A DNA stretch of 64,000 bases from the NCBI GenBank assembly GCA_048941015.1, contig JBHLNZ010000008.1, positions 1 through 64,000 on the forward strand, read 5' to 3'. The stretch is from Promethearchaeota archaeon. Its GTDB lineage: Archaea; Asgardarchaeota; Lokiarchaeia; Sigyniarchaeales; SOKP01. Position numbers and translations under genes: made by a program. The notes below the pieces were generated by a model. It was not told where the DNA came from. It saw only the letters and a program-made list of their open reading frames with translations, and did not search any database. Below are positions 49,984 through 59,741 of the stretch, in pieces (position 1 is the stretch's first letter; the number at the start of each line of letters is the position of its first letter).

Positions 49984-51273
49984 ATGGAAATTGAAGTTCC
50001 TAAAGATGATGCTGAGTATATGTATAATTTAGTACATAGAATTATTAATGAGATTGGCCCTCGCATGTCATGCAGTCCACAAGAAACTGAAGGAGCGAAC
50101 ATGATAAAATCTGAATTAGAGAAAGTCTGTGATGAGGTTACTATAGAACCATTTACATGTCATCCAAAAGCTTTCCTTGGGTGGATTAGAATTTTATGTG
50201 TACTTAGCTATTTATCAATGGTGATCTATCTAATAATTCAGTTTATAAAGAGTTATGCTTGGTTATTATCATTAATTATGTTATCTTTTACATTGATATT
50301 TTTCTCTTTTATAATAATGTGGGAGGAATTTTTCAATTATAGAGAGTTTATCGATTTCCTATTTCGCAAAAAACCATCTCAAAATGTTATAGGAAAATTT
50401 AAACCAAAGGGAGATTTAAAGAAGATTGTTATTTTTTCAAGCCATATTGACTCTGCTTTACAATTTAACTTATTAAAATTATTAGGTTGGGGAGCCATTC
50501 CATTATTATTAGCTGCTATCTTTATAATTATTGTTTGGCTTGTTATTACATTTATTAATTTATTACTTATTGCTATTGGATTAGTTGTATTTAAAAATTT
50601 CTTCTTTGTTTTAAGTATCGTTTTCTTAATCATCAGCTTACCATGCTTTTTTATAGTCTTCTTTTTTGTACCTTTAGGAGATAAAGGAAACGTGGTTCCA
50701 GGAGCAGTAGATAATCTAAGCAGTTGTTCTGTAATAGTAGGTCTCGGTAGATATTTAAAAAATCACTCAGAAATTATTCCAAATAATATGGAAATTAGAT
50801 TAATTAGTTTTGGTTGCGAAGAATGTGGATTACGAGGGGCATATAGATATGCTGCAGCTCATTTAGACGAATTAAAAAATTATGATGCAAATGTGGTTAA
50901 TATGGATGGATTAGAAACTCCAGATAAATTCATGGTAATTGAACATGAACCAACTACTCGAACTAGTCATTCTGAGGAAGTTATTCAAAAATTATTAAAA
51001 GCAATTAAAAGTGTAGGAATTGATGCTAAACGTTTTGGGAGAGGAAAATTAGAAAAGACAGTGGGAAGATTGAGTGGCGGCTCTGACGCTGCAGCTTTTT
51101 CAAAAGCAGAGATTAAAGCAGGTTTCTTAAATTCTGCAGATTGGAAGAATAGAACAAGTTATTACCACCAAGCAGAAGATACTCCTGATAAAATAAAAAG
51201 AGGAACATTAGAAAATGCACTTCGAATCTGTGTTGCCTACATATTAAATGAAAAGAAAAATAGTGATTTTTAG
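49984..51273 (+). CDS. M28 family metallopeptidase with TM insertions
   Basis: SSHIDS, GAVDNLS, CEECGLRG, NMDG, GSDA, YHQAEDTP. Confidence 0.9.
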   Translation: MEIEVPKDDAEYMYNLVHRIINEIGPRMSCSPQETEGANMIKSELEKVCDEVTIEPFTCHPKAFLGWIRILCVLSYLSMVIYLIIQFIKSYAWLLSLIMLSFTLIFFSFIIMWEEFFNYREFIDFLFRKKPSQNVIGKFKPKGDLKKIVIFSSHIDSALQFNLLKLLGWGAIPLLLAAIFIIIVWLVITFINLLLIAIGLVVFKNFFFVLSIVFLIISLPCFFIVFFFVPLGDKGNVVPGAVDNLSSCSVIVGLGRYLKNHSEIIPNNMEIRLISFGCEECGLRGAYRYAAAHLDELKNYDANVVNMDGLETPDKFMVIEHEPTTRTSHSEEVIQKLLKAIKSVGIDAKRFGRGKLEKTVGRLSGGSDAAAFSKAEIKAGFLNSADWKNRTSYYHQAEDTPDKIKRGTLENALRICVAYILNEKKNSDF

Positions 51274-51282
51274 GGTATTTGT

Positions 51283-52191
51283 ATGTTGAATAATGAACTA
51301 AAATCCTTTATTAAAGATATTTTCGATAATAGTGAACTTAATAAGCTTCCCGAGAAGTTTGGAGGAGAGAGATTTTTTGCTGATCCTATAATTGGGGTTG
51401 CAAGAGGCGATGATCCAATCTTTCAAAAATTTAAAGAAGTAGTTGGTCCTGAACATCTTACTCCATTAGAGATGTGGATTGAAAATGGATTAGAAAAGAC
51501 TCCCGTATCAAATCTCTTTACAATATCAATAGTTTTTCCATTTGTTGAGAGAATTCGTAAAGAAGGAAGTGAGAATCAAGTGATAAAAACTCGTATTACG
51601 TTGCCAGCTGAAATATATTCTATTGCTCGAAACTATGCTAATGATTTTAAAATTTTTGTAATGGAAGAGATAATTAAGTTTTTCAAGGAAAAGGATTATC
51701 ATGCCACAGCTGGTATGCTTAGTAATGCATTTACTATTATTGCTAAAGGTAGATTCTATTCTACTTGGTCAGAAAGGCATGTTGCATTTGCAGCGGGTTT
51801 AGGAACTTTTAGCTTACATGAAGCTCTAATTACTGAAGTTGGATGTAATGTACGTTTGGCATCAGTAATAACCAATGCTCCTCTCGAAATTACAGTAAGA
51901 AAAAGTGATGAACCTTATGCAAATTGCTTATTTTATACCAAAGGAACTTGTAAAGAATGTATAAATAAATGCCCTGCAAATGCAATTACAGAAAAAGGGC
52001 ATGATAAAATACAATGTAATAATTATCGTTTAAAAGTCGCAAGAAGAATGATACCCCGCCTTACTCCATTACTCAAACCATATTTAAGAAGAATAAATTG
52101 GGAAGATAAAGATGATACCTTTCCTGTAGGCTGTGGTTTCTGTCAATTTGGGGTTCCATGTATGGATAAAAATCCAATGAAAGACCCTTAA
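51283..52191 (+). CDS. Epoxyqueuosine reductase (QueG)-like Fe-S/cobalamin protein
   Basis: WSERHVAFAAGLGTF, RLASVIT, CKECINKCP, CGFCQFGVPC. Confidence 0.8.
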   Translation: MLNNELKSFIKDIFDNSELNKLPEKFGGERFFADPIIGVARGDDPIFQKFKEVVGPEHLTPLEMWIENGLEKTPVSNLFTISIVFPFVERIRKEGSENQVIKTRITLPAEIYSIARNYANDFKIFVMEEIIKFFKEKDYHATAGMLSNAFTIIAKGRFYSTWSERHVAFAAGLGTFSLHEALITEVGCNVRLASVITNAPLEITVRKSDEPYANCLFYTKGTCKECINKCPANAITEKGHDKIQCNNYRLKVARRMIPRLTPLLKPYLRRINWEDKDDTFPVGCGFCQFGVPCMDKNPMKDP

Positions 52192-52291
52192 GCTACTTAA
52201 TAATAGGATTTTTAGTAATTTTTATATAAAATTACAAACTACAATTGCTATTCAAAAAATTTAAAATAATTAAATGTGAAGTGTTTATTAA

Positions 52292-52669
52292 TTGGCGAAT
52301 ATAATCTTGATAATTATTGGGGCTCTTCTTACTATGGGATGGGGAGTTAGTCATCTTATCCCAACAAAGAACGTTGTAAAAGATTTTGGTGATATAACAG
52401 AAGATAATAAAAATATTATTACAATGGAATGGATTATCGAAGGATTCACATTAATATTTATTGGATTACTTGTGATACTTATTACATTCTTAGGAGGAGT
52501 AGAAAATAATGTTTCACAATATGTATTTTTGATCTCTTCAATCATGCTCTTCGCTTTAGCAGTCCTATCTTTATTTACAGGATTCAAGGTGAATTTTATT
52601 CCATTTAAACTATGTCCTGTTATTTTTACCCTTTCTGGTATTTTAATTATACTTGGCACATATCTCTGA
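52292..52669 (+). CDS. Small 4-TM membrane protein
   Basis: Hydrophobic helices; WGVSHL and MEWIIEG. Confidence 0.8.
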   Translation: MANIILIIIGALLTMGWGVSHLIPTKNVVKDFGDITEDNKNIITMEWIIEGFTLIFIGLLVILITFLGGVENNVSQYVFLISSIMLFALAVLSLFTGFKVNFIPFKLCPVIFTLSGILIILGTYL

Positions 52670-52693
52670 ATAAATAATCAATCTTTTTCTTTT

Positions 52694-54205
52694 TTAAGTT
52701 CCAGCTATTCTTTTTGGCCATCTTGTTTGTGCTTTAAGATTCTCGTGCAATAACTTATTTACTAGTTTAAACCGCATTTCTTTAAAACCCTCATCAAACC
52801 ATAAATTATTTAGCTCGTGTGGATCGTTTTGTCTATCATAAATATCTCCAAAACCGGGTTTACTTTCATACACAGTTAATTTATATTGTTCAGTTATTAA
52901 ATGTCTCAAACGAGATTTAAGAGTGCCAACCTCTTCATCATTTTCAATTAGGATACAATCTCGTACTTGTATTTGAGGATCCTCTAAAATTGGTGTTATA
53001 TCATAACCTTGCATATCTGGAGGATGATAACGTTCTTTAATATTTAATAGATTCAAAATTGTTTTTGGATAATCGATTGAACTAATTAAACTCTCCGATA
53101 TTGCAGGTTTGGTTAAGCCAGGTACTTTCCAGATTAGTGGAAGTTGCAAAACTCCGTTAAAAGGGCAAGGTCCTTTAAATAGTAATCCGTGGTCCCCCAT
53201 CAAATCACCATGATCACTAGAATAAACAATAATAGTATTATCAGAATATCCTAATTTATCCAGAGTCGCTAAAATTTGACCGATGCTATAATCTACATAT
53301 GCTATTGCAGCATAAGTTAACGCTGTGATTTTTTTTACCTCTTCTTCGGTCGATTCTCGTATAAATGCCTTTTTAAACGGTGGGCTTTTCAAATGGTACC
53401 CTATAAATTCATGATTATATAAATTCTTAATATCATTGAAACTTGGTGGCAATTCTATATCTTCCGGTTTGTATTGATTTTGGTATTGCATAGGTGGAAA
53501 TAATGGATAATGGGGATCAGGGAATGAACAATGAAGATAAAAAGGTTTACCTCCATAATTTCCTTTAGCATTCCTCTCCAGAAAAGAAATTGTTCGTTCT
53601 CGGACAAAAGTAGTATTATAAAGATCTTCAGGGATCTCATCACAGAAAAGACTGAAGAGATTATCATAATTTTTCACCCTTTTTCTCATCTTTTCTGCTA
53701 TTTCTGGGGATCTCTCTTCTAACCATTCTAAATAATGACCAGAGCAAACAGTACCGTTACCCGATATTAATTCAACTTCATCATACCCATAATAGGGCAT
53801 AGGAAAGTTTTTAGAAGAAACTTTTCTATCTGCCCATTCATCAAGACTTTCTACAGATCTATATTTATGTTTGAAAGCACCTAACCAAAATTGATGGTGA
53901 ATTTTTCCTATCGCTGCTGTGTGCCAGCCTCTGCTTTGTAAAGTTTGCGTAATAGTCGGAATATTCTTATTTAAATTTATACCGTTACTTCTTACACCAT
54001 GTACATTTGGATAAAGTCCTGTAATTAAAGTTGCTCTATTTGGCATACAAATTGGGTTGTTACAGAAATAATTTGTAAACCTAACACTTTCTTGTGCTAG
54101 TCTATCAATATTAGGTGTCTTCAAATTAGGATTACCAGCACATCCCAAATGATCTGCTCGTTGAGCGTCAGTTATTATAAATAAAACGTTTTTATTTTCA
54201 TTCAT
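52694..54205 (-). CDS. Cys-type sulfatase
   Basis: ITDAQRAD, CMPNRAT (CxPxR), GKIH, DPH, SDHGD. Confidence 0.93.
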   Translation of the reverse strand: MNENKNVLFIITDAQRADHLGCAGNPNLKTPNIDRLAQESVRFTNYFCNNPICMPNRATLITGLYPNVHGVRSNGINLNKNIPTITQTLQSRGWHTAAIGKIHHQFWLGAFKHKYRSVESLDEWADRKVSSKNFPMPYYGYDEVELISGNGTVCSGHYLEWLEERSPEIAEKMRKRVKNYDNLFSLFCDEIPEDLYNTTFVRERTISFLERNAKGNYGGKPFYLHCSFPDPHYPLFPPMQYQNQYKPEDIELPPSFNDIKNLYNHEFIGYHLKSPPFKKAFIRESTEEEVKKITALTYAAIAYVDYSIGQILATLDKLGYSDNTIIVYSSDHGDLMGDHGLLFKGPCPFNGVLQLPLIWKVPGLTKPAISESLISSIDYPKTILNLLNIKERYHPPDMQGYDITPILEDPQIQVRDCILIENDEEVGTLKSRLRHLITEQYKLTVYESKPGFGDIYDRQNDPHELNNLWFDEGFKEMRFKLVNKLLHENLKAQTRWPKRIAGT

Positions 54206-54279
54206 ATTTTTCTGTTTTATACCTGACCTTGTTTAGATGATTATGAAAAAAAGAAAAGCGCAAAATAAAAAATTTTTTT

Positions 54280-56520
54280 TTAAAATGCAGGTTCAAATAT
54301 ATTTTTATCAATTAAGCTGAATATGGTCTCAATTTCTTTAGAATCAAATTTATTCTGTTTAAATAATTTTGAAACGTAAAAATATTTTGAACCATCACTT
54401 TTTATGAGTTGTTCAGCCTTTTGAATAATTTCTTTTTCTATTGGATTAATTTTTGTTGCTCCAGTCTTTATTATCTTTAAAGGATATAAGAAAGAAGTTT
54501 TTAAGTTCTTTTTAATTAGAAGTTCCATATCATTAAAGGGTCTAACGTCACCTTTAAAATTTGCGAGGTATTTGTCATACTTTTCACCAATATCAATAGC
54601 AAGTGCCCTTATGGAATCTAAGAACATATGAGAAGGAGTATCATTCATTATAAGGATAATTCGAAAGTGTTTAAATTCAGCCATTAATATCTTTGATTTC
54701 TTATATTCGAGTTTTATTGTTTGGGTTTGATCGTCTGAGTCTGTTAGCTCTATTCCAAACGTCCTAATAGCTTCGAGAAAACCTGAAATAAGGGTAGTAT
54801 CTAAAACTTTTCCAATAAAAGATTGTTCATATATATTTAAAGCAGATTTTTTATCGGAAACTATTATGTATTGGATATTCAGAAGATCATTACACTGATC
54901 ATATATTGCTTTTCTATATAGTTCCCGTTTCTTTTTGGCTTTTTTAATTAAAGTATAAGATGTGCTGGTGACTGCTAAAGTTGAACTAATAGCAACAAAT
55001 ATAAGAATTAAAGTTAAAGGATTTATCGTAAACGGTACAATGATTTTAAATACCTGTGTCTCAACTCCTGCGTGAGTTCCATTGAAAAAATAGATATACA
55101 CAATATAATCTCCTTCTATGGCATTATTAGGTATAGTATAAGAAAAGGTGTTATCAATTGAAGGGAGAGTCTTTGAAATATTATATTTCTCAAAACCGTA
55201 AGGATTAATTAATTGAAAAGTGTATGTTCCTGGTAATGGTGAGTCTGAAAGAGAAAATTGTAATTCTTGACCAACTCTATATTGTGTCGAGGGTATATTT
55301 AAGATGATTTCAGTATTTAATGAATTTGCGGTTATTTCCCAATCAGCTCCATTATCAATCGAATCATTTAAAATTATTATATACTTATCAATAAGATTCT
55401 CTTGTATTTCTGACGTTATATCAATTTCATCCTTTAATACCTTTAAATCAAACCAATTTTGTGGATAATAAAATTGAACAGAATAGTTACATTCGCATCG
55501 CGAAATGGTTGGCTTAATACTCCAAATAGGATTTTGATTTGCTTTAATAAAAACTGATCCCTCAGAGTTTAAGATATTTTTCATATTAATTAAATATGAA
55601 ACATTAAATGCTACTTGTACTGATTGGTTATGTAAAACAGGTACATATAAATTAGTACTATTCGGAAAAAGATTAAGATCTTCTATGGTTAAATTTCCTG
55701 TCCCAGGATTGATGCCATTTGAAACATTATAAACTTGGTTATTGATTGATAATGTCATATTAATATCTTCTGGTTTATAAGTAAGATCAGTCCTTTGAAT
55801 TAGTTTATGTCTAAACGGTATTCCTGGCCCGTCTTCAATCCAATTTGGAGTATCATATTTTGCAATATACAAGCTTGTATGGGGTGAATCATCTTCATTC
55901 AAATACCAGGAAAGATCGGAATTATCATTTGTTTTATACTCAGAACCATTTATTAACAGATAATATTGTCCTGTAGTTAGGGATATAGGTGTTGGAAAAT
56001 TTTGTATATACCATCCAAGATCATCAACAGTAACATTTAGTAAAACAGGTTCTCCATATATTGTATTATTTGGAGCATGAGTTATTTGATTATAGCCATT
56101 AATTTGCACATAAACATCACTAGAAAGTGGTATATTCAGATAGAGATATATATAAACTCCAAAAAGAAGGATATCATCAGTTATATTTAATTGGACTCCA
56201 TATCCTTTCGATCCTTTATTTATTACCTTGAAACTTGTTCCTCCTTCTTCTATTGACTTGATTTCTTGTCCTAATTTGATATCAGTAAAATTTAGATCCA
56301 TCCCTGTAATATTCCAATCCGAGGAGGGTAATGTAATATTAAGGGCATTTATATCAGAGTCTTCATGACTTTGATTTGCATATTCGATTAATTGATAAAC
56401 TGAGGTCTCAGTTAGTGAATCTTCATTTAACTGAGAAAAAGAAAAAGGAGTTTGAGAAATAATTCCAATCGTAGTAAAGATTAAGAGTAAAGAAATAACT
56501 AAAATTTTTCGCTTAATCAT
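54280..56520 (-). CDS. Single-pass ectodomain + longin-like protein (paralog B2)
   Basis: LDTTLISGFLEAIRTFG; tail FYVSKLF matches 43948. Confidence 0.8.
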   Translation of the reverse strand: MIKRKILVISLLLIFTTIGIISQTPFSFSQLNEDSLTETSVYQLIEYANQSHEDSDINALNITLPSSDWNITGMDLNFTDIKLGQEIKSIEEGGTSFKVINKGSKGYGVQLNITDDILLFGVYIYLYLNIPLSSDVYVQINGYNQITHAPNNTIYGEPVLLNVTVDDLGWYIQNFPTPISLTTGQYYLLINGSEYKTNDNSDLSWYLNEDDSPHTSLYIAKYDTPNWIEDGPGIPFRHKLIQRTDLTYKPEDINMTLSINNQVYNVSNGINPGTGNLTIEDLNLFPNSTNLYVPVLHNQSVQVAFNVSYLINMKNILNSEGSVFIKANQNPIWSIKPTISRCECNYSVQFYYPQNWFDLKVLKDEIDITSEIQENLIDKYIIILNDSIDNGADWEITANSLNTEIILNIPSTQYRVGQELQFSLSDSPLPGTYTFQLINPYGFEKYNISKTLPSIDNTFSYTIPNNAIEGDYIVYIYFFNGTHAGVETQVFKIIVPFTINPLTLILIFVAISSTLAVTSTSYTLIKKAKKKRELYRKAIYDQCNDLLNIQYIIVSDKKSALNIYEQSFIGKVLDTTLISGFLEAIRTFGIELTDSDDQTQTIKLEYKKSKILMAEFKHFRIILIMNDTPSHMFLDSIRALAIDIGEKYDKYLANFKGDVRPFNDMELLIKKNLKTSFLYPLKIIKTGATKINPIEKEIIQKAEQLIKSDGSKYFYVSKLFKQNKFDSKEIETIFSLIDKNIFEPAF

Positions 56521-56786
56521 TATTTTTTTAATCTAAATCCCCTATTATTAATTTAAATTTAGTATTTTATAAAATAGATTAACTATACATTTAACGTCTC
56601 TACTATTAATCTAACAAAAAATTAATGAAAATAATAATTTTTATAATTATCCATTTAGGAGATTATTAAATTGATGATACTGAATAAATATTAATTTATT
56701 GAAATCGATTTTTTTTCGTTCTATTTAATAGCACTAAAAAAGAAAATAATAGATTTTCAACATTAATAGAAAAATGAATAAAAAAA

Positions 56787-57350
56787 TTATTTTAATTTTT
56801 TAAGTACAAAAGCCATATTTTTTGCTAAGTTTTTAAAAGTTTTTATTCCTTCTTCATCTTTTAAAACTTCTCCTGGTTCTTTTCCTACACCTAAATTCCA
56901 GTAACTAGAGCCTACAACAATCATTTGCTTTATTAAAAAGAAATAGTTTATACTTGAAAATACATGGACCCCTCCTGCTCGCCTAACAGCTACTACAGCA
57001 GCTCCAACTTTATGTTTCAAATGTCCACCAGTAGCATATCCAGCTCGTTCAATTAATGCTTTTACACTTGAACTTACATTTGAGAAATATGTCGGTGATC
57101 CAATAATAATACCATCTGCCTGTAACATTTTTTCAATATATTCATTCATTTTATCGCCAGGGAGAACACATTTTTGATCATCATTATCTATGCATTTTAG
57201 ACAAGCAGTACATCCCTGTAACTTATTCATTCCAATCCACACATAATCACATTCAATACCTTCAGCTTCTAGTTCGTCCATTACTACTTTTAAAGAATGA
57301 TATGTATTTCCTTCTTTTCTTGGACTCCCATTGAAAAGTACAACTTTCAA
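56787..57350 (-). CDS. Iron-sulfur flavoprotein / flavodoxin family
   Basis: NGSPRKEGNT, CTACLKC...C, GSPTYF, GSSYWN. Confidence 0.92.
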   Translation of the reverse strand: MKVVLFNGSPRKEGNTYHSLKVVMDELEAEGIECDYVWIGMNKLQGCTACLKCIDNDDQKCVLPGDKMNEYIEKMLQADGIIIGSPTYFSNVSSSVKALIERAGYATGGHLKHKVGAAVVAVRRAGGVHVFSSINYFFLIKQMIVVGSSYWNLGVGKEPGEVLKDEEGIKTFKNLAKNMAFVLKKLK

Positions 57351-57482
57351 TTTAATTCAACCTCTACTTTTTATTAATACCTATTAAAATTCATTTAACA
57401 TTAAAAATTTAGAGGAATTATTCTATATTTATTTATAGAAAAGTAATAGATTATTAGCATTTTATTTATAAATTTCAAATAA

Positions 57483-58733
57483 GTGTTTTTTCTGTTGGTA
57501 AAACCTGAATTACTTGCACCGGTTCAAGATTGGAACTCTTTAAAAGTGGTTTGTGGTCTAGCAGATTCTATATATTTTGGAGTAAAGCAATATAACATGA
57601 GAATGGAAGCAGTAAATTTTGAATTGAATGACCTCAAAACTATTGTAGAATTTTGTCATTCTCAAAAATATCCTATTAAAGCATATTTAGCGACTAATAT
57701 CTTAATATATGATAATGAATTAAGAGATCTTGAAAATCTAATTTTGCAGGCTAAAAAGGTGGGAATTGATGCTATAATTGCTCATGATTTAGCAGCTATT
57801 GCTATTGCAAAACGAAATAGTATGAAATTTCATATTTCAACTCAAGCGAATATTTCTAATATTGAATCTGCGAAGTTTTATGAACAATTGGGAGCAGAAA
57901 GGATAATTTTAGCGAGAGAATTATCTTTAAATCAAATTAAATTAATAAAGCATCATCTAAATAACACTAAAATTGAATGCTTTATTCATGGATCAATGTG
58001 TACTTCCATTTCAGGAAGATGTTATTTATCTGCTTCGATTTGCGATTCTGAAGAGGCGTCAGCCAATAGAGGGTTATGTACTCAACCTTGCAGAAGAGAA
58101 TGGAGAGTAATCGACGATGAAAATAATGAATTTATTTATGATGGTCGGATGTTTTTAAATGCTAAGGATCTATGCATGATTGAATACATTCCCGAGCTTA
58201 TTGAAGCTAGAATCGATGCCTTTAAAATAGAAGGAAGGATGAAAGACCCATTTTACATTAAAACTGTAACAGAATGTTATCGAGAAGCAATTGATAGTTA
58301 CTTTAATAATACCTATACCAATGAAAAAGTTCAATATTGGTTAAATGAGTTATCTAAAGTATATAATAGAGGATTTCATACAGGATTTTATTTTCATAGA
58401 CCTACTATTGAAGATATAGAATTGGATAAAAGAGGGAATATTTCACCTTATAAGAAAATCTATATTGGCAAAGTTTTGTCCTTCGATGAAAAGAGTAAAA
58501 CTGCAAATATTTTACTGGAAAGTTTAGAAGTTCCAATAAATATCGGTGATGAGATTATACTTATTGGTGAAAATTCTTATCAGATCGAGAAGATAAAGAA
58601 AATGGTTTATAAGGGAGAGAAGATAAAAAGTATTTTCAGAAAAAGATATACAGACCCTGTGAAAATAAATTTGCGTATCGAACAATGTGAAGTCAATGAT
58701 AAAATTTATATCCTTTATAAAACAAATAAGTAA
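57483..58733 (+). CDS. Peptidase U32 family Fe-S protein (TrhP/RlhA-like RNA hydroxylase family)
   Basis: PELLAP, HISTQ, LAREL, HGSMCTSISGRC, NRGLCTQPCR, KIEGR. Confidence 0.92.
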   Translation: MFFLLVKPELLAPVQDWNSLKVVCGLADSIYFGVKQYNMRMEAVNFELNDLKTIVEFCHSQKYPIKAYLATNILIYDNELRDLENLILQAKKVGIDAIIAHDLAAIAIAKRNSMKFHISTQANISNIESAKFYEQLGAERIILARELSLNQIKLIKHHLNNTKIECFIHGSMCTSISGRCYLSASICDSEEASANRGLCTQPCRREWRVIDDENNEFIYDGRMFLNAKDLCMIEYIPELIEARIDAFKIEGRMKDPFYIKTVTECYREAIDSYFNNTYTNEKVQYWLNELSKVYNRGFHTGFYFHRPTIEDIELDKRGNISPYKKIYIGKVLSFDEKSKTANILLESLEVPINIGDEIILIGENSYQIEKIKKMVYKGEKIKSIFRKRYTDPVKINLRIEQCEVNDKIYILYKTNK

Positions 58734-58786
58734 TGATTGAAATCACGAACCTAAAATATAAGGTATAAGAATAGAGAGAACCCTAT

Positions 58787-59458
58787 ATGAGCTTTGAAGA
58801 AAAAAGAAGAAATTTAGTTGAAAGTTTAAAACAAAGAGATATATTAACTCAAAAAGACGTTATAAATGCAATGCTCTCGGTACCAAGACATAAATTTGTT
58901 CCTAAAGAAGCAAGTTCCTCGGCTTATATTGACTCTCCATTATCCATCGGTTTAGGTCAAACCATCAGTGCGCCACACATGAATGCTATGATGTGTGAAT
59001 ATCTAGAATTAAAAGAGGGTGATATCGTATTAGAAATTGGAACTGGATCAGGATATCATGCAGCTTTATGTGCCGAAATTGTTGCTCCAAAAGGTTCCAT
59101 TAATTCCGGTCACGTTTATACTATTGAGAGGCATAAGGAACTCGTAGAAAAAGCTAGAATCGCTTTGAAAGAATGTGGCTATAAAGACTCAGTGACAGTT
59201 ATTCATGGCGATGGAACTCTTGGTTATGAAAAGGCAGCGCCTTATGATAAAATACTAGTAACAGCATCTTCTCCTAATAAAATTCCACCACCTTTAAAAA
59301 ATCAACTAAAAGATGGGGGGATTTTATGCATTCCCGCAGGTTCTAAAGAATGGGGTCAAAACTTATATATTTTGTATAAATCAGGAAATGAATTCGAAAC
59401 TAAAAAAATAACTGGAGTTAGGTTTGTTCCACTTATTGGAAAATTCGGATTTGATTAA
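58787..59458 (+). CDS. pcm: Protein-L-isoaspartate O-methyltransferase
   Basis: VPRHKFVP, GQTISAPHM, LEIGTGSGY, APYDKI, RFVPLIG. Confidence 0.95.
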   Translation: MSFEEKRRNLVESLKQRDILTQKDVINAMLSVPRHKFVPKEASSSAYIDSPLSIGLGQTISAPHMNAMMCEYLELKEGDIVLEIGTGSGYHAALCAEIVAPKGSINSGHVYTIERHKELVEKARIALKECGYKDSVTVIHGDGTLGYEKAAPYDKILVTASSPNKIPPPLKNQLKDGGILCIPAGSKEWGQNLYILYKSGNEFETKKITGVRFVPLIGKFGFD

Positions 59459-59467
59459 TTAGAAGAT

Positions 59468-59611
59468 TTAGTCTAAATTATTCTTTTTAAGTTTTTCCTG
59501 CATCAATTTTTTTCTAATAGCTTTAATAAATTCATTGTTTTCAATATTATTTTTTAAGGATTTACTCGAATAAGAATAGCCATTTTGTTTTCCGTTTCTA
59601 TGATAAACCAT
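59468..59611 (-). CDS. Possible 47-aa basic protein (MVYHRNGKQNGY...KKNNLD)
   Basis: ATG-initiated ORF filling the gap between pcm and GH57; no recognised motif. Confidence 0.4.
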   Translation of the reverse strand: MVYHRNGKQNGYSYSSKSLKNNIENNEFIKAIRKKLMQEKLKKNNLD

Positions 59612-59741
59612 TAGTCAAAAACCTATGATAAAAAGTAAAACTATAGGTGATATTGTGTAGTTAATATATTTAAATCTAATCAAAATCGACAATTTTAGGG
59701 CATATCGTACAAAATTGTAATTTTTTTTTTTAATAGAAGTA

